In this document: one piece after another, positions 11,621-23,859 of the stretch
Layout: the number at the start of each line of letters is the position of its first letter
Position numbering within the stretch: position 1 is the first letter of the stretch
Assembly: GCF_020745735.1 (NCBI RefSeq)
Contig: NC_083427.1
Location: forward strand, 1,891,438-1,955,437
DNA: 64,000 bases
From: Hemiscyllium ocellatum
Lineage: Eukaryota
Direction: 5' to 3'
Position numbers and translations under genes: made by a program
The notes under the pieces: generated by a model
What the model saw: only the letters and a program-made list of their open reading frames with translations
Database searches by the model: none
Told to the model about the DNA's origin: nothing

Positions 11621-13199
11621 TAGCACCATTCCCACCCGAAATTGCTTTTAGAGAAAAGTGAAAGGTTATCTTTTCCCACAAGCAAATCTCGCTTTGCATT
11701 GTTTTGTCAAATTAATTTCAGAGGTGACAGTACAAACCAGTGGAGCAGATGGGTGTGAATGCAGGCCTCGACAGCCCAGATGAAGGCACACTGTCACTGT
11801 ACTTTTCTACATCTTTTTTCTATGTTTTCTCAACAGCCTATTTCGTTATGCCATTGCACACACCACGAGCAGGTGTGTGTTACACTCGAGCCTGCTCGTT
11901 CAGAGATACCTGTTCAAATTTATGAATTAAAATTTATAGAGACGTCATTACACACCCAGCAGGTGGGATGTGGGAACAGAGGATTTGAATCGATTTGAAC
12001 ACGCACCTTTTGTACCACCAGTGCGGAGCATTTTACATTTTCATCTTAATTTTTCAATCAACCTATTCACGGATGCTATTATACACCGCTGGAGCTGATG
12101 GGACTTCAAGTACGACCTGCTGGTTTAGAAATGCCTCTTTACATTGTGAAAGAAATTTTCTCATTGAACCGTTCAGTGATATTATGGCACACCCTTGAAA
12201 AAATTGGACTTGATATCAAAGCTTCCTGATTCGAACGTTCGTTACCTGGCATTTCATCCCAAGAGTCCTCACTCTTCACATTTCATTTGGCAGTGCATGG
12301 AAGGGTCCTGAAGACCCAGTTAATATGTAAGACCCAGTGAGTTCAGTTGCCTCGAACTTGGTTGTTCCATTTTAAAAGAAACGGTTCGCTGGTGCTTGTG
12401 GTCAAACCCTATTCCAGCTGAAAAAAATCATTCTATTCTCGAATACTTCTGGCTGCCACATTGCAATATTCCCACACGTGGACATTTGGGCGGCATGTAC
12501 TGTCTGGTCTAAGAAAGCTTGTTAAATACAGAAAGGCTATGATAGAGAAAGCGACAGAATGAGATAGAGAGGGTAAGAGAGGGAGAGCGAGAGAGAGAGA
12601 GAAGGAGAGAGGAAGACAAAGGTATGATGAGTAAGCGGAGGTCTGAAAATCAGATGGAAACGAGAGAGCTGGGTTAGAGAAAGCTAAGCAATGACAAAGA
12701 GGTGGAGAGAGGCAGAGGGAAACAGGGAAAACATATCATGGAGGCTGAAAGGGAAACCAGCGCTATCGTGCAAAAGAGACAGTGTGCTTTAAAATGTAAT
12801 TGTAATGTCTTGGATTTTGGACACAGGGAACAACGTCGTGTCTCCACGAACATTCCTTCATTTTAACAATGTAGAATCTGCTTCTGAATCCTGAAGTAAG
12901 TTTTCGTTCCAATTCACGAACACTTTATTTGCTTTATAAATTAATACTTCCCCTTTTATTTCATTCGCTAACTTCTGTGAATATCTGTTATCTTGGATTA
13001 ATAATTCTTAATCTACAGTTCGTTTATTTTACATTGCTGTCTCCACTCAGCCTCGTAATATTCTGGTTCAATAAACTGTTGCACATGGAAATCAGCATGG
13101 CAGTATTTCTTCAGCTAAGTAATCCGCAATCCAGTTCCTTAGATATACTGCAGAATGCAATCTCCCCAGTCGAAGTCAATTTCCTAATCATTTGCTGCT

Positions 13200-13520
13200 G
13201 ATGACCTTTTGTACAGTCTCTGCCATTCCTTCATTGCCTGATTCTCACGCAGCTAACAAAGCATAACATTGCATTAATCATTTTATCCTTGCAATGGACC
13301 TTTCTGGGCAGCAGTGTGTGCCAAACAGACACTTGTGAAACTGGAACGGTAGCAGAGCTGAAAACATTCGAATGCATGCCCGATCACAGTCTCATACATG
13401 TTCAGAAGTACATCAGCACTCCTGTATTTCAAACCAACAAAAATGAATGATAACATTAAGTTTGACTTCCTAACTGCCAACCAGACCTGAATCAAACCAT
13501 TAAACAATCGATAGCTACGA
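13200..13520 (-). mobile_element. CR1 LINE fragment
   Basis: Minus-strand QVWLAVRKSNLMLSFIFVGLKYRSADVLLNMYETVI, a CR1 ORF2 thumb-like region. Confidence 0.65.
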
Positions 13521-14559
13521 TTTCTTGTACTTTGAATTTCGGAAAACGTTCCCCATTTGGAAAATGGACGACTACACTATTCAAAATACCAAAATGCTTA
13601 AATTCATTTTTCCACATTCTACTCCATCTCCTGCTTGTTTGTGCACTCTCCTAGCCTGTTCAAGTTGTTCTGAAGCCTCCCCAGTTTCTCAATTCTACAT
13701 CTCCCTCCAGCAATCTTCGTGTCGCATGCAAACTCAACAAAATTGGCATCAATTCATTCGTTCGTTTCTTTAAGATAAAAAATGAATCGTTGTCACCTAA
13801 GTACTGATACCTCCAGGACTCCACTTGTGAACAATTGACATCTGAAAAGAAAGGGCCAAGTACTAGGAAGTGGGATTACTGGAGATAGCTAAATGCCAAC
13901 GCAATTGGGTAAAGTGTATTTTCTGTTTTGCATGACTATTTACCTCTTGGGATGAGTCTAGTTTGAGGACATGTTTTCCAGTTTCCTGTTTTAATTTTTG
14001 AGTTTGCCCTTTTAACTTTTATGCATGATGATATAGCCACTGCATGAATCAGCATCATTTTCGTTACCCTGTTCACTGTCAGCATGACGCCCACTGGGTT
14101 ACATTTTGCGAGGGCTACTCGACGCCACTCTCCTTCCTTCAAATACTTCCTTGACATGCCGGGCAGTCAATTCCACCTCATCTCTGGTACTCAGATTTTA
14201 CTCCCAAATCTGGGATAACGTTGTGATAAGGGCTAGAGCTGACTCCGTCTCGCTAAACCGAAACTGACTGCCAATGAGCAACTTATTCCGAGGGAAATCT
14301 TATTTGACAACACTGCTGATGTATTTTCTTTCACTTCAGATGATCTGGAGTAGAATGATCAAACAGTAAGTCGAGGATTGAATGTGGTCTGCCTTTACTG
14401 TACGTGACATGACCCAGCAAGTGTTTGCATTTTCGAGTAGATACCGATATTTCAGTTGTACTGGAACACTTTGACTTGGAGCTTAGCAATTATCGACCTC
14501 CATTCTTCTCTCTAAGTGTCGTGACATTATCAGAGGTCCTACCCTTTTCAATATTCTGT

Positions 14560-15040
14560 GTCTCCTGTCGCTTTTTTTCAATCATCGGATGTGGTGGTCA
14601 CTGGCTGAGCTCGCATTTATTTCTCATCTCTCGTTGCGGTTAAGAAAGTGATGGTGGTCAGCTTTCTTCAATTGTTGCATTCCATTTGGTGAAAATACAC
14701 CACAATTTTTTGAAGGAGCATGCTGCAGGATTTTTCCTCTGCTGCATCAGAGCAATGGTGATTTATTTATAGTTGTCGATGATGAGTGCCAGCGAAGGGG
14801 ACTTGCAGTTCGTGACGTGCATGTGCAGCTAATGCCATTGGCATCCTCCATTGAGGTCGACATCGAAAGGAGGTTACTGTTTAAAGACCCTTGATGAATT
14901 TCTTTCATGCGGGTTGTACATTGTTCTTACTGAGTATCATGAAAGAAAGCATGAATGGTTGCAAATTTGTTGCCGATAAAGTGACCTGTATTATCTTGGA
15001 TGGTGTCAATCTCCTTGAGTACTGTCAGAGTTGACTGATC
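14560..15040 (-). mobile_element. L2/CR1-clade LINE 3' fragment
   Basis: Similar to the 3' portion of the element at 23860-25850. Confidence 0.5.
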
Positions 15041-15169
15041 TAGGGAAATCAAGAATAATCTGTAGGAGGCCAACTTTGGTCATGCACGAGGCACTTCACA
15101 CAATGACACAATCCTGACCAATCAGTCAGAGGCCAGTCCACTGTTTTCCACATCCTTGTAATCCTGCTG

Positions 15170-15350
15170 TGGGGTTTTGCAACAGCCAATCCCACAGCAT
15201 ACACATCTGTAGGCACTAAGTGGTACATTTCGCCATGGCAAATCAACGAATCTTCACATCTATGGACTGTTGGGAAATCTACAGTAACACAAGGATAATT
15301 TGCAAACTCTCCACAGACAATCACCAAGGGCTAAAATCTGACCCAGTTAG
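15170..15350 (-). mobile_element. HE1-type SINE fragment
   Basis: gcaaactctccacagacaatcaccaagg core, shared with the SINE copies at 21.6 kb and 62.5 kb. Confidence 0.55.
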
Positions 15351-18300
15351 TAATCCTTCAAACGAAGTGCATTTAATTGAACTTAAATAGCTTTAGTTTC
15401 TCATGTGCGTGTATGTGTACAATTACAATATTACAAGTCGCCATATTCTGTCAGCATCTAAGGTACAAAACATCAATTTCCAGATACTTAAATATTTGTC
15501 ATAGAAATTTTTTAAAACGTTTGGTAACAAAGAATAAATAGGAAACATAAAATGACCCTGCACTGCTCCGAATATTCCTTTATGCATGTGTAATTGAACA
15601 AGTGACGAACCCATTTGATGATGCTTCTTGTAGACTGGCTATGCCAAATTATGAAGATGCAAGTTCGTTGGAGGACAATTTTCTGCTGATGATTCTACAT
15701 GCCGCTGCTTTGATCACTATGGAAATGCTTTGTGCTATGACGACATACCTGTGCACTCGTTACTCTTACGAACACTGTCATAGCAAGGTGCAATAGCAGC
15801 AGACATATTAATGAAGATGAGGTCAAGTATCTTTTTCCTCTTATCGGTCACCCCACCACTTGTTCTATATGTTACTACACTCCAGTTTTTCTTTCAATTC
15901 GTGCTCAACATGGTAGAGTACTGCTTGTTTGGACTGACGGGACTCCTCTGCATATTGTTGGCCTGACGTCATGAGAATTCATGAACTGCAGGGTCCATAT
16001 CGCTCCTGACTGCTTTTCTACTGCGTCACCCACTCTGCTGTCTATGCCATATAAACGGGACATAAGTAGCTTTGATGTAGTGGTGGGGGTGTTTGGGGAA
16101 TTGGTTCTGTGCATATGACAAAGTCAGGCTCATTTCTCACTCATCTGTGTGTCAGTTTCTTCAATCTAACTCTAATCGTCAGATACTCGGCCATGCATGT
16201 TCGACGGAGATGGGTTTGCTGTTGCCGTTTCCTCTGTCTTATTTGGTGACACTTGCCTGTCTGGTTTCAGCTGAGTACTTTCGAGGATTTGGTGCAACTG
16301 AACATTTTGTGCGGCCATTTCAAAATGTAGTTAAAAGTCGATCACATTTCTCAGGGCAACAAGAGTGGAAAGTAAACGCCATTTTTTCCAATACATATGC
16401 TATAATACTAAAATATAGTATTTGTTTTTCCTCTTTGATTGTCCTTTGACATTTGCGCTCACATTCTTTGGTGTAATAATGGAAAAGATATTGTCTTCCC
16501 TCCAAATGTTCCTTATTTCTGCTTCAAATTTACAGATCGCCAAAGAAAGTGGGAGAGAAAGACAGCTTAAAATAATTAAAGTTTGGTAATATTCCAAAGC
16601 AAAATATTCCAAAGATTATCGATAACAATTCATGTAAATTAGTCAAAAGGGCAGAAAGAAATTCATTTGAATAACTTAAAGTTCTCTTAAAGTCAAACTA
16701 TTTGTGCTGGAAAGAAGCGTTTTCTTTTCACCTAAATGTAGGATCCACTCAACGTAAATGTAAATGACACCTGGATTCAAATTATTTTGTTCAATGCTGT
16801 TACACACTGTTTCACAAAGATCCAGTCAATTCAAGCTTTCCATAAATGTTAAGGACTGATGCATATCATTGAAATAGGATGTTATTCTTCTTGATAAAAC
16901 GCTCCTATAAAATTCCATGGAAGGCAATGAATATTCACCATGATAGTCAAGAACAGTTAACCTGAAATCATTTCACATTTCGTGATGAGGTTTAATAATA
17001 TTGATTTATTCTTTGGTTATTAAATGTGATCACAGACAGTCGTTTCCTACTTCCAATTGGCCTCTAATTCTAAGTTTGTTACTATAGCTGAACGACACAC
17101 TGTTTTGCAAAATCATGAAATGTTTGCTTTCGTTTTGCTTTCAATACGAGTGTAAGATCATATGGCAGTGATGACCATCGACCAGTGACACTATCAGCAA
17201 GTACAATCTGTATCAAGGTACAATCTCAAAAAAGCGATTTAAACTGCTTGCTTAACTGCTTCTCTTAACTTGCATATTCAATTCTCCATCTTTCACTGCA
17301 CTGTTCAGCAGAATTCCACATAAATGCAACAAACCAATGAACTGTCGAAATTGCAAAACATAAATCGAAATAAATTGAGAAAAATTGACTGACAGCTCTT
17401 ATGTTTAGGCTGGATATTACAAGAGCGATATGGTTTCTCATTCTGGCCATTATTAATTATCAACATTTCCACGAAATGAAACACGAAAAGCGTTCCTACC
17501 ACATTCTTGAACTCATCAATACGAATTTCAGAATGTCAGTCTTCCCAGAAATATTGAATTTCTTTGCTACACAGCGTTCAGGCGTCCCTATGGAACAAAA
17601 AAAAACAACATAGAAGTAAGCTACAAAATAGATAGCAAAACAATCCAAAACAAACATTAAAGCCGGAAATAAACATTCAGTTGCTCTTTAGTTCGCATCG
17701 CTATAGATTCCCTCTTCATAGTATTCTGTGCATGGAAGAAATAATCGATGCTAATGGTTGCTACCAAATACATTAGTGATTAAAATCAGGAAATCTTCAA
17801 TAAAGCCTTTGCATCGACAGATTAACAGTGGCAAGAAAGCTAACTTTGTGTATTTCCCCTTTACAATGTAATGGACAGAACATGCACTTTGATTCTGTCA
17901 GTCGCAAGAGCGTTTCAAATTCCAAAACAGAGAACTGGTCTCAAGATTATCATGGCTACCCGGGAGTGAAACTGCCAAAACTGGATTAATGTTTCAAAGC
18001 TTGGACAAGCTTTATTTGGGGTGTTTCTTTTCCTGGTAGGTATCGCTAACTTGAACATAATTGAAAAAAAAATCTAAGGCCCTTGGAAAAATATTTTTAG
18101 ATGAGCTATTGATTTTCCGAGAAACAACAGGCAACAAACAACTTACATTGTCACTTGCAAAATATCTTTAGTTGTAGTTAAAATATGAATTGTATCCTTT
18201 ATGCCAATACAATATAATCTTTGAAAACTGATATCCACCAAAGTTACAACGTGAATTGATTCATACCAGAGTGTCAGAAGTGACATTGGTTTAAAATGGG

Positions 18301-18629
18301 CAGCTTTCAGGGCAGAAAAAACGTTCTTGTGCCATCTTAGCCATTAATGAAATACATGTTTTTCTTTGGACCTTAAAATTTGTTCTCTATCTTCCTTACA
18401 ATATAGTTTCATGAGATTCGCAGGTAAGGCTCTATTTGGAGTGATTCATTGAAGCGAACAGTCGTAAACAATTAAAATGTCTGTCGTCTTGCTAATTCTG
18501 TGCAATTCATTTGAATCTCATGCTACGTTTTTATTTATCTTCTCTTAGAACGTTTCTCATGTTTTATCTTAAAAGCAAAATTCTTTGTCTATCAACGCAA
18601 TGTTAAATTTCGTCAACATAATACATTGG

Positions 18630-19130
18630 ATTCTAATAGCTAAGGGTATCAAAAAGTTTTACAAATATGCTGACAGGTTTGGAGAATTTGAGGTATAGGG
18701 AGAGGTTGCATAGGCTGGGGTATTTTTCCCTGGGTGGTTGGAGGCTGAGGTGTATAAGATCATAAAAGAGGTTTATAAAATCATGTTTGATTCGCGTCAG
18801 CAAAATACACAAGGGCTTTTCCCTCTTGTGGTGAGTACAGAACAAGGGCATAGAATTAGCACGTCTGGAGGCAAATATTAAAATGGGACCTAATGGGTAA
18901 CTTTTTCACTCAGTTGGTAATGCCTGTATTGTGTTAACTGCCCGTGGAAGTGGAAGAGGCTGAAGAAATTACAGCATTAAAAGGTATCTGGATGGATACA
19001 TGAATATAAAATGATTAGAGGGACATGTGCCATGTGCTGGCAAATAGGACTAGATTTGGTTCGGATATCTGGTTGACATGGACGATTGAAATGAAAGGTC
19101 TGTTTCCATGCTGTATGTTATTTTAACGCT
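18630..19130 (+). mobile_element. CR1 LINE 3' end (in duplication copy 1)
   Basis: FTNMLTGLENLRYRERLHRLGYFSLGGWRLR remnant plus CR1 3' UTR. Confidence 0.8.
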
Positions 19131-21639
19131 ATGACTCCAAATATGATGGAAGTTTTACTTCTTTTATCATTGAAGGGTTGTTGCCTAATTCAACAAATAC
19201 ATTTAGAACATTTTTACAGCTTTGTATTTCTGTCAACGATTAATCTGGTAAAATTCGAACTGAATTGTCATATCCATGACGCCACACACAAATAAATACA
19301 TATAGGTATTAAATGCAATCAAAAAAATGGAATCCCTTCATCTAGGGAAGTTTGAAGAGCTGTCAATTGATTTTATATTTGACTTCGCTCTCGGGGTGTG
19401 TATGAAACATTGTTATGGTCAAAAAGTATGCCGAATTAATTGCCTTTGAAAAGCTGAAAATGAATTCATTATTTGAACTTTTGAAATGTTTGTGTTCTGC
19501 TGCACATGCAATTGTTTCAGGACGGAATTTTCAAGTTATTGATTCACTGACAATTGGGGTCTGTTGAATAATACTCCGTAATAGTGACTTGTATGCGATC
19601 TTCCCTCTGTTCATGTTCCCTTGCGTATTATTTCCTTGTAGCTCCAGACTATACAGTTCATTGGTTTGGAATGAAAGCGCTTAATGAGTTAAATCATCTT
19701 AAAATGGAGAGCCACAGAAAAGCATTGAGTGAGTGTAACAGAATGTCTTGCACAGCAAAATCCAATCTATAGTTTCAAGTAATGCATTACAAACTGAATA
19801 TCTAACACTTGAGTGAATTCTGCAAAAGGAACACTTGAGTGTATGAATCATTCTATCAACAATTTGGGATTATCATTTTCCACAGATTTATCTGGCTTTG
19901 TCATTTTAACAGAAAGCCAAAAACTGCGGATTCTGCAAATCTGGAAGTCGGAGAACCTCAGAACAGTCGCTGTGTATAAAAAGTCTACTTGTTGTGGAGA
20001 GTACAGAGATTCAAGTTCAGTAATCAGCTTTAGGCTACAAAGCAGAGCTCAGAGAAGAAAACTTATGTGATGGGTAAGTGATTCCCCTTACTGCCCAAAG
20101 GTCAAAGATTGCGACACAGTCATGGTTCTACAGGTTTTGTTATAGTCCCAATATGAAATTAAGAAAATTGCTTTTGAGACAAGTCTCAAAAAATTGATAA
20201 CGTTCGTGCAATAATGTCATTTCAAATCTTTGAGAGGTACATTCTTGAAATGATCAGAAGAATTACGTATTCAAATGTTAGTTGGCGTTATTTACTTCAC
20301 ATTTTTCCTGGATGCTTTCACATTATGTCAATTTTCAGCATGGTGTCATTTGAAAAATAATACTTTTACTTTTTTATTAATCCTCCAGTAGTATTGCTAA
20401 TGCAGCGTCATTTTTAATGTAAAAACTGACATTAGCAAACAAAATGAAACATCAGTGTGTTATGCCCACTAATTTCAGTGCAGTTTATTTTTAAAATCTA
20501 CAGAACAGGAAACTGATTGAAAATAGTCCTACGTGACAGCAGTTACTTCGTTAGCTCCTCTAATAGAAAGCTAAATTTACTTCTTCCAAAATCTGGAACC
20601 TTTTCAGAGAAAACGTCATTCAATGCTATAGTTATGTAAGCACTTTCCTGTTAAAATTTATTTTGTGCTCACGTTACCTAAAAAGGAAATCATAAAAACG
20701 CTGAGCAGTTTGTCTAGCTCAAATTCAATCGAGTTAGTTTGAACGAACAATAATGCAAAGTTACGATAAAGTATTCCGAAATTAATTCAAAGAAGCCAAT
20801 AAACACTAGGTTAAATGCAATGATCATATTGTGGATGTGAGCATCAGATTGTTTCAATGACGTGCTTTTTACCATTCAGATGAACTTGGAAAACGACCAA
20901 GAAATTCCCAAAGTATAATACATTTTCTAGTTTCGAAGGCTTAATACATAGTTTCGATTTTAAAAAAATCAGGTGTTTTGCTTTCAGTCTTTAGCTCAGA
21001 ATGTTCAGAATATTTCTGTCGGGATTCATTAAAGCAAAATAACTCGGAATCTCGCAGAAAATCTGATATGTTGTGGCGCCAGCAGAGTGCAGTTAGTATC
21101 CTGTGGTTAATTGATGCATTCAGATTTGATCTGAGGTACAGCATCTTGTGACACCTAGTGATTAATGATCGTATGTCAAGCAATATGGGAGCCAAGGAAC
21201 ATGTCATAGCTGGTCGAATTCTTTGGTCCGTTCCTCCATGAATTCAGAACATGTTTAAGTTGAATCTTGCATAAATTCAGCCAATTTGGCAGGATATAGT
21301 ATAACGCTATCTTGCAAATATCTCACCAACTATGTTTGTCATCATTCGAGTAATCTATTCAATTTTGAGAGCGATATCTCCAGATTTTGAATAGTGTTCA
21401 TTGCGAAAAAACACCTCGACTCGAGATTGCCCGAGGCATGATTCAAAATCATGATATCAAGATGACATGGTTATGCAAAAATCTATTCTCAAGTTGTTGC
21501 CATTTGGGCAGGTTAGGTTAAATAGCTCTCCCTGGAAGGGCAGTGACCAGAAATAATGCAACATTGGCGAAATTCTCCACAGCAAAATATTACTTGCTCT
21601 GAAAATCAGTCCATTTTACTCATTGTTCTTCTCGCCTGC

Positions 21640-21905
21640 CATTCATCATACAGTCCCGACCATGTGGAAGCTGAGCATTCGACCAATGGAGCCCACAACC
21701 GACTGTCTGAAAGTAACCCCGCCGACCCACACTCTGATATCCCTGCAAGCCTGCATTTCTCATGGTTAATCCATATATACTTTATTTGACTGTGAGAGGT
21801 ACCAAAGTGAAGAGCGAAAACTCCACACAGACAATCACCCAAGTTTGAAATCGAATGCTTGTCTTCAGTGCTCTTCGGCAGGAGTGCCATTCTCTGAGCC
21901 GCCAT
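21640..21905 (-). mobile_element. HE1-type SINE (copy 1)
   Basis: ctccacacagacaatcacccaag...aatcgaa...tctgagccgcc, the reverse of a tRNA-derived head, with a CR1-like tail at the left end. Confidence 0.65.
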
Positions 21906-23439
21906 TGAAGTGACACTTAATAACCGAGAAACAAAATGGTCTTTGTACTTTTTAGCTCTACTAAATCTGTGTTCGTTTTTTTTATCAATGATCTCAATCT
22001 GTCTCTCTTTCTTTATCTCGCTGAATGCTGCACAACACGTTGTGCCTCGGTACTAGTTCACACATTAATTAATTACAGGACATTAGTATAGGACAATATG
22101 CATTATCTCAGGGCCGGGTAGGTGAGATCATCACAGATCTTTACAGAAAAAAATGACCCATTCTGCTTGCAAATCTCACTATTTCCAATCACAAAGTCAT
22201 CAAAAGTATCTGCCTCAGTCAGTAAGTCCGAATTATTCCTCATTTCGTAGCTTCAGGCCCACTCACAAACTGTGACCCGATCGCTCTCCAACAATCTACT
22301 CATTTCTATCTTTCTTTGCAATTCGTCTTCTTCGTCATTCTTCAGATTCATAACCCTAGAGAATGTTCGAACAAAAGGCTCGAGACAAGTGAATTCAGCT
22401 CAACATGACGATTGTGCAATTTCTTCTGGCTCGCTGACAGAGCAGAATTGACGTATATACGTGCACAAAACAGTTGACATACCATGGTACTGCCTTGCTC
22501 ACATAAGCTCAGACAAGTGTCAATGATTTTTTCAGTGATGAACCATATAGAAAACGTTAAAGGATTTAGCAATCTGTTTTTTTTTACTCGAACATAGAAA
22601 TATTTCTCACAACTCTGCCGTGTAAGCTACCCCCAGCCAGTACACAATCGTCAAATAACTCTTGATTGCAAATTTTTTTGTACTTGTATCCGTTTCCTGA
22701 CCAGTTCCCTTTGTTAAACAGCCAAGTAACGAGGGAGATACATATGCAGAAACTGCACTTGCCTTCATTGTTTCTGTAACTTTATATAAAAAGCTATAGA
22801 CCATGCCTCAAGGCAACCAGTCCAGTTTCTTTTGAATACATTAGATTTTTTCGCTCTCTGACGTTGAGGAACAATTTCTACGTCTCAAATGAAATAAGAA
22901 GGTCGATTTTTGTCTGTAAGTGCTGACCCGAGTCAGAACGTGTGCGCTACAGATAGAATGTGATGAACAAAAATCGAAATACTCCGCATGTAATTCTGGA
23001 CGTTGGTTTTGAACATGTGCACATTTTACATAACGGTGCGATATATTAACTAATTCATAAGGACACCCGGGAGCAAATTGAAGACAGAAAATGCAAAAGA
23101 AATATCTGACATTCAGATCTATCTTCCTTTGGAATAGTTGCATGTTGGCATTTGAAATTAATTATTCAAAATCCCTGCCTCCAAGTCGGTCTATAAAGAA
23201 GAATTACTGAAAAACGTTGCATATATTTTCCTTTCTCAAAAATATCTGTACAACACTCTGACTACTGGGAAGGCAGAGCTAATGTGTGACGGAAGATTAG
23301 AAGGATTCGGTTTATATCCACGGCTGAGAAAAAAATGAAGAATGAATGAAGCCAAGCATTGAATATTTTAAGGATCGAGTTCAATATTATTCTGATGGAG
23401 AAAGGGGTAAGAGGGTATGGACAAAAACTGGAACAGGCA

Positions 23440-23795
23440 GATTGTTTTTAAAATTGTGACAGTGTGGAATTCGGCCATTCAGCTCAGCAAGTCTAGATCG
23501 ACTTCCCGACCAGAACCCCACCCACACCCGCACTCAACCCTTTCCTTGTGAGACTCCATGTCCCAGGATTAATGCACATCACCTACGTACCTTTGAACTT
23601 TATGAGCAATTTAGCCAGAATAATCCAGCTAAATTGTACCTCTTTCAACTGTGGGAGGAAATTGTAGCACGTGGTGGAAATTCACACAGACATGAGGAGA
23701 AGGTATAATCTCAACACCGACAGAACCCGAATGCAGAATTGAAGCCAGGTCCCTGGTTTTGTGAGGCAGGAGATGGATGACGACCAATGGTGATA
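23440..23795 (-). mobile_element. HE1-type SINE (copy 1)
   Basis: tgtgggaggaaa...cacacagacatgaggagaagg...gaattgaagccaggtccctgg...tgtgaggcag SINE body. Confidence 0.65.
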
Positions 23796-23859
23796 TTAAA
23801 TAGTGGACAAGATTGGAAAGGCCCAATAACCAACCATTTTGCTCCTATTTTCTATTTTT

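Noticed and set aside
11740-11925. ORF with a hydrophobic stretch (TLSLYFSTSFFYVFSTAYFVMPL) as a possible Ig TM exon
   Set aside because: Lacks the CART motif and terminal K|VK. The nearby acceptor gives stops in the phase-1 frame.
16093-16449. ORF open in both duplicate copies (30435-30929) and overlapping island 1
   Set aside because: Different starts and stops, and no homology I recognise. Island 1 has no synonymous changes either, which fits nucleotide-level rather than protein-level constraint.
17401-17613. 70-aa ORF preserved in both copies (31764-31973)
   Set aside because: About 13 non-synonymous versus 8 synonymous changes by hand count, not clearly different from neutral. No known domain.
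22267-22355. Minus-strand 89-nt exon-like segment (ttctctAG...GTGAGT) encoding VMNLKNDEEDELQRKIEMSRLLESDRVTV
   Set aside because: The acceptor AG is lost and a 1-nt insertion is present in copy 2. No partner exons or recognisable protein.
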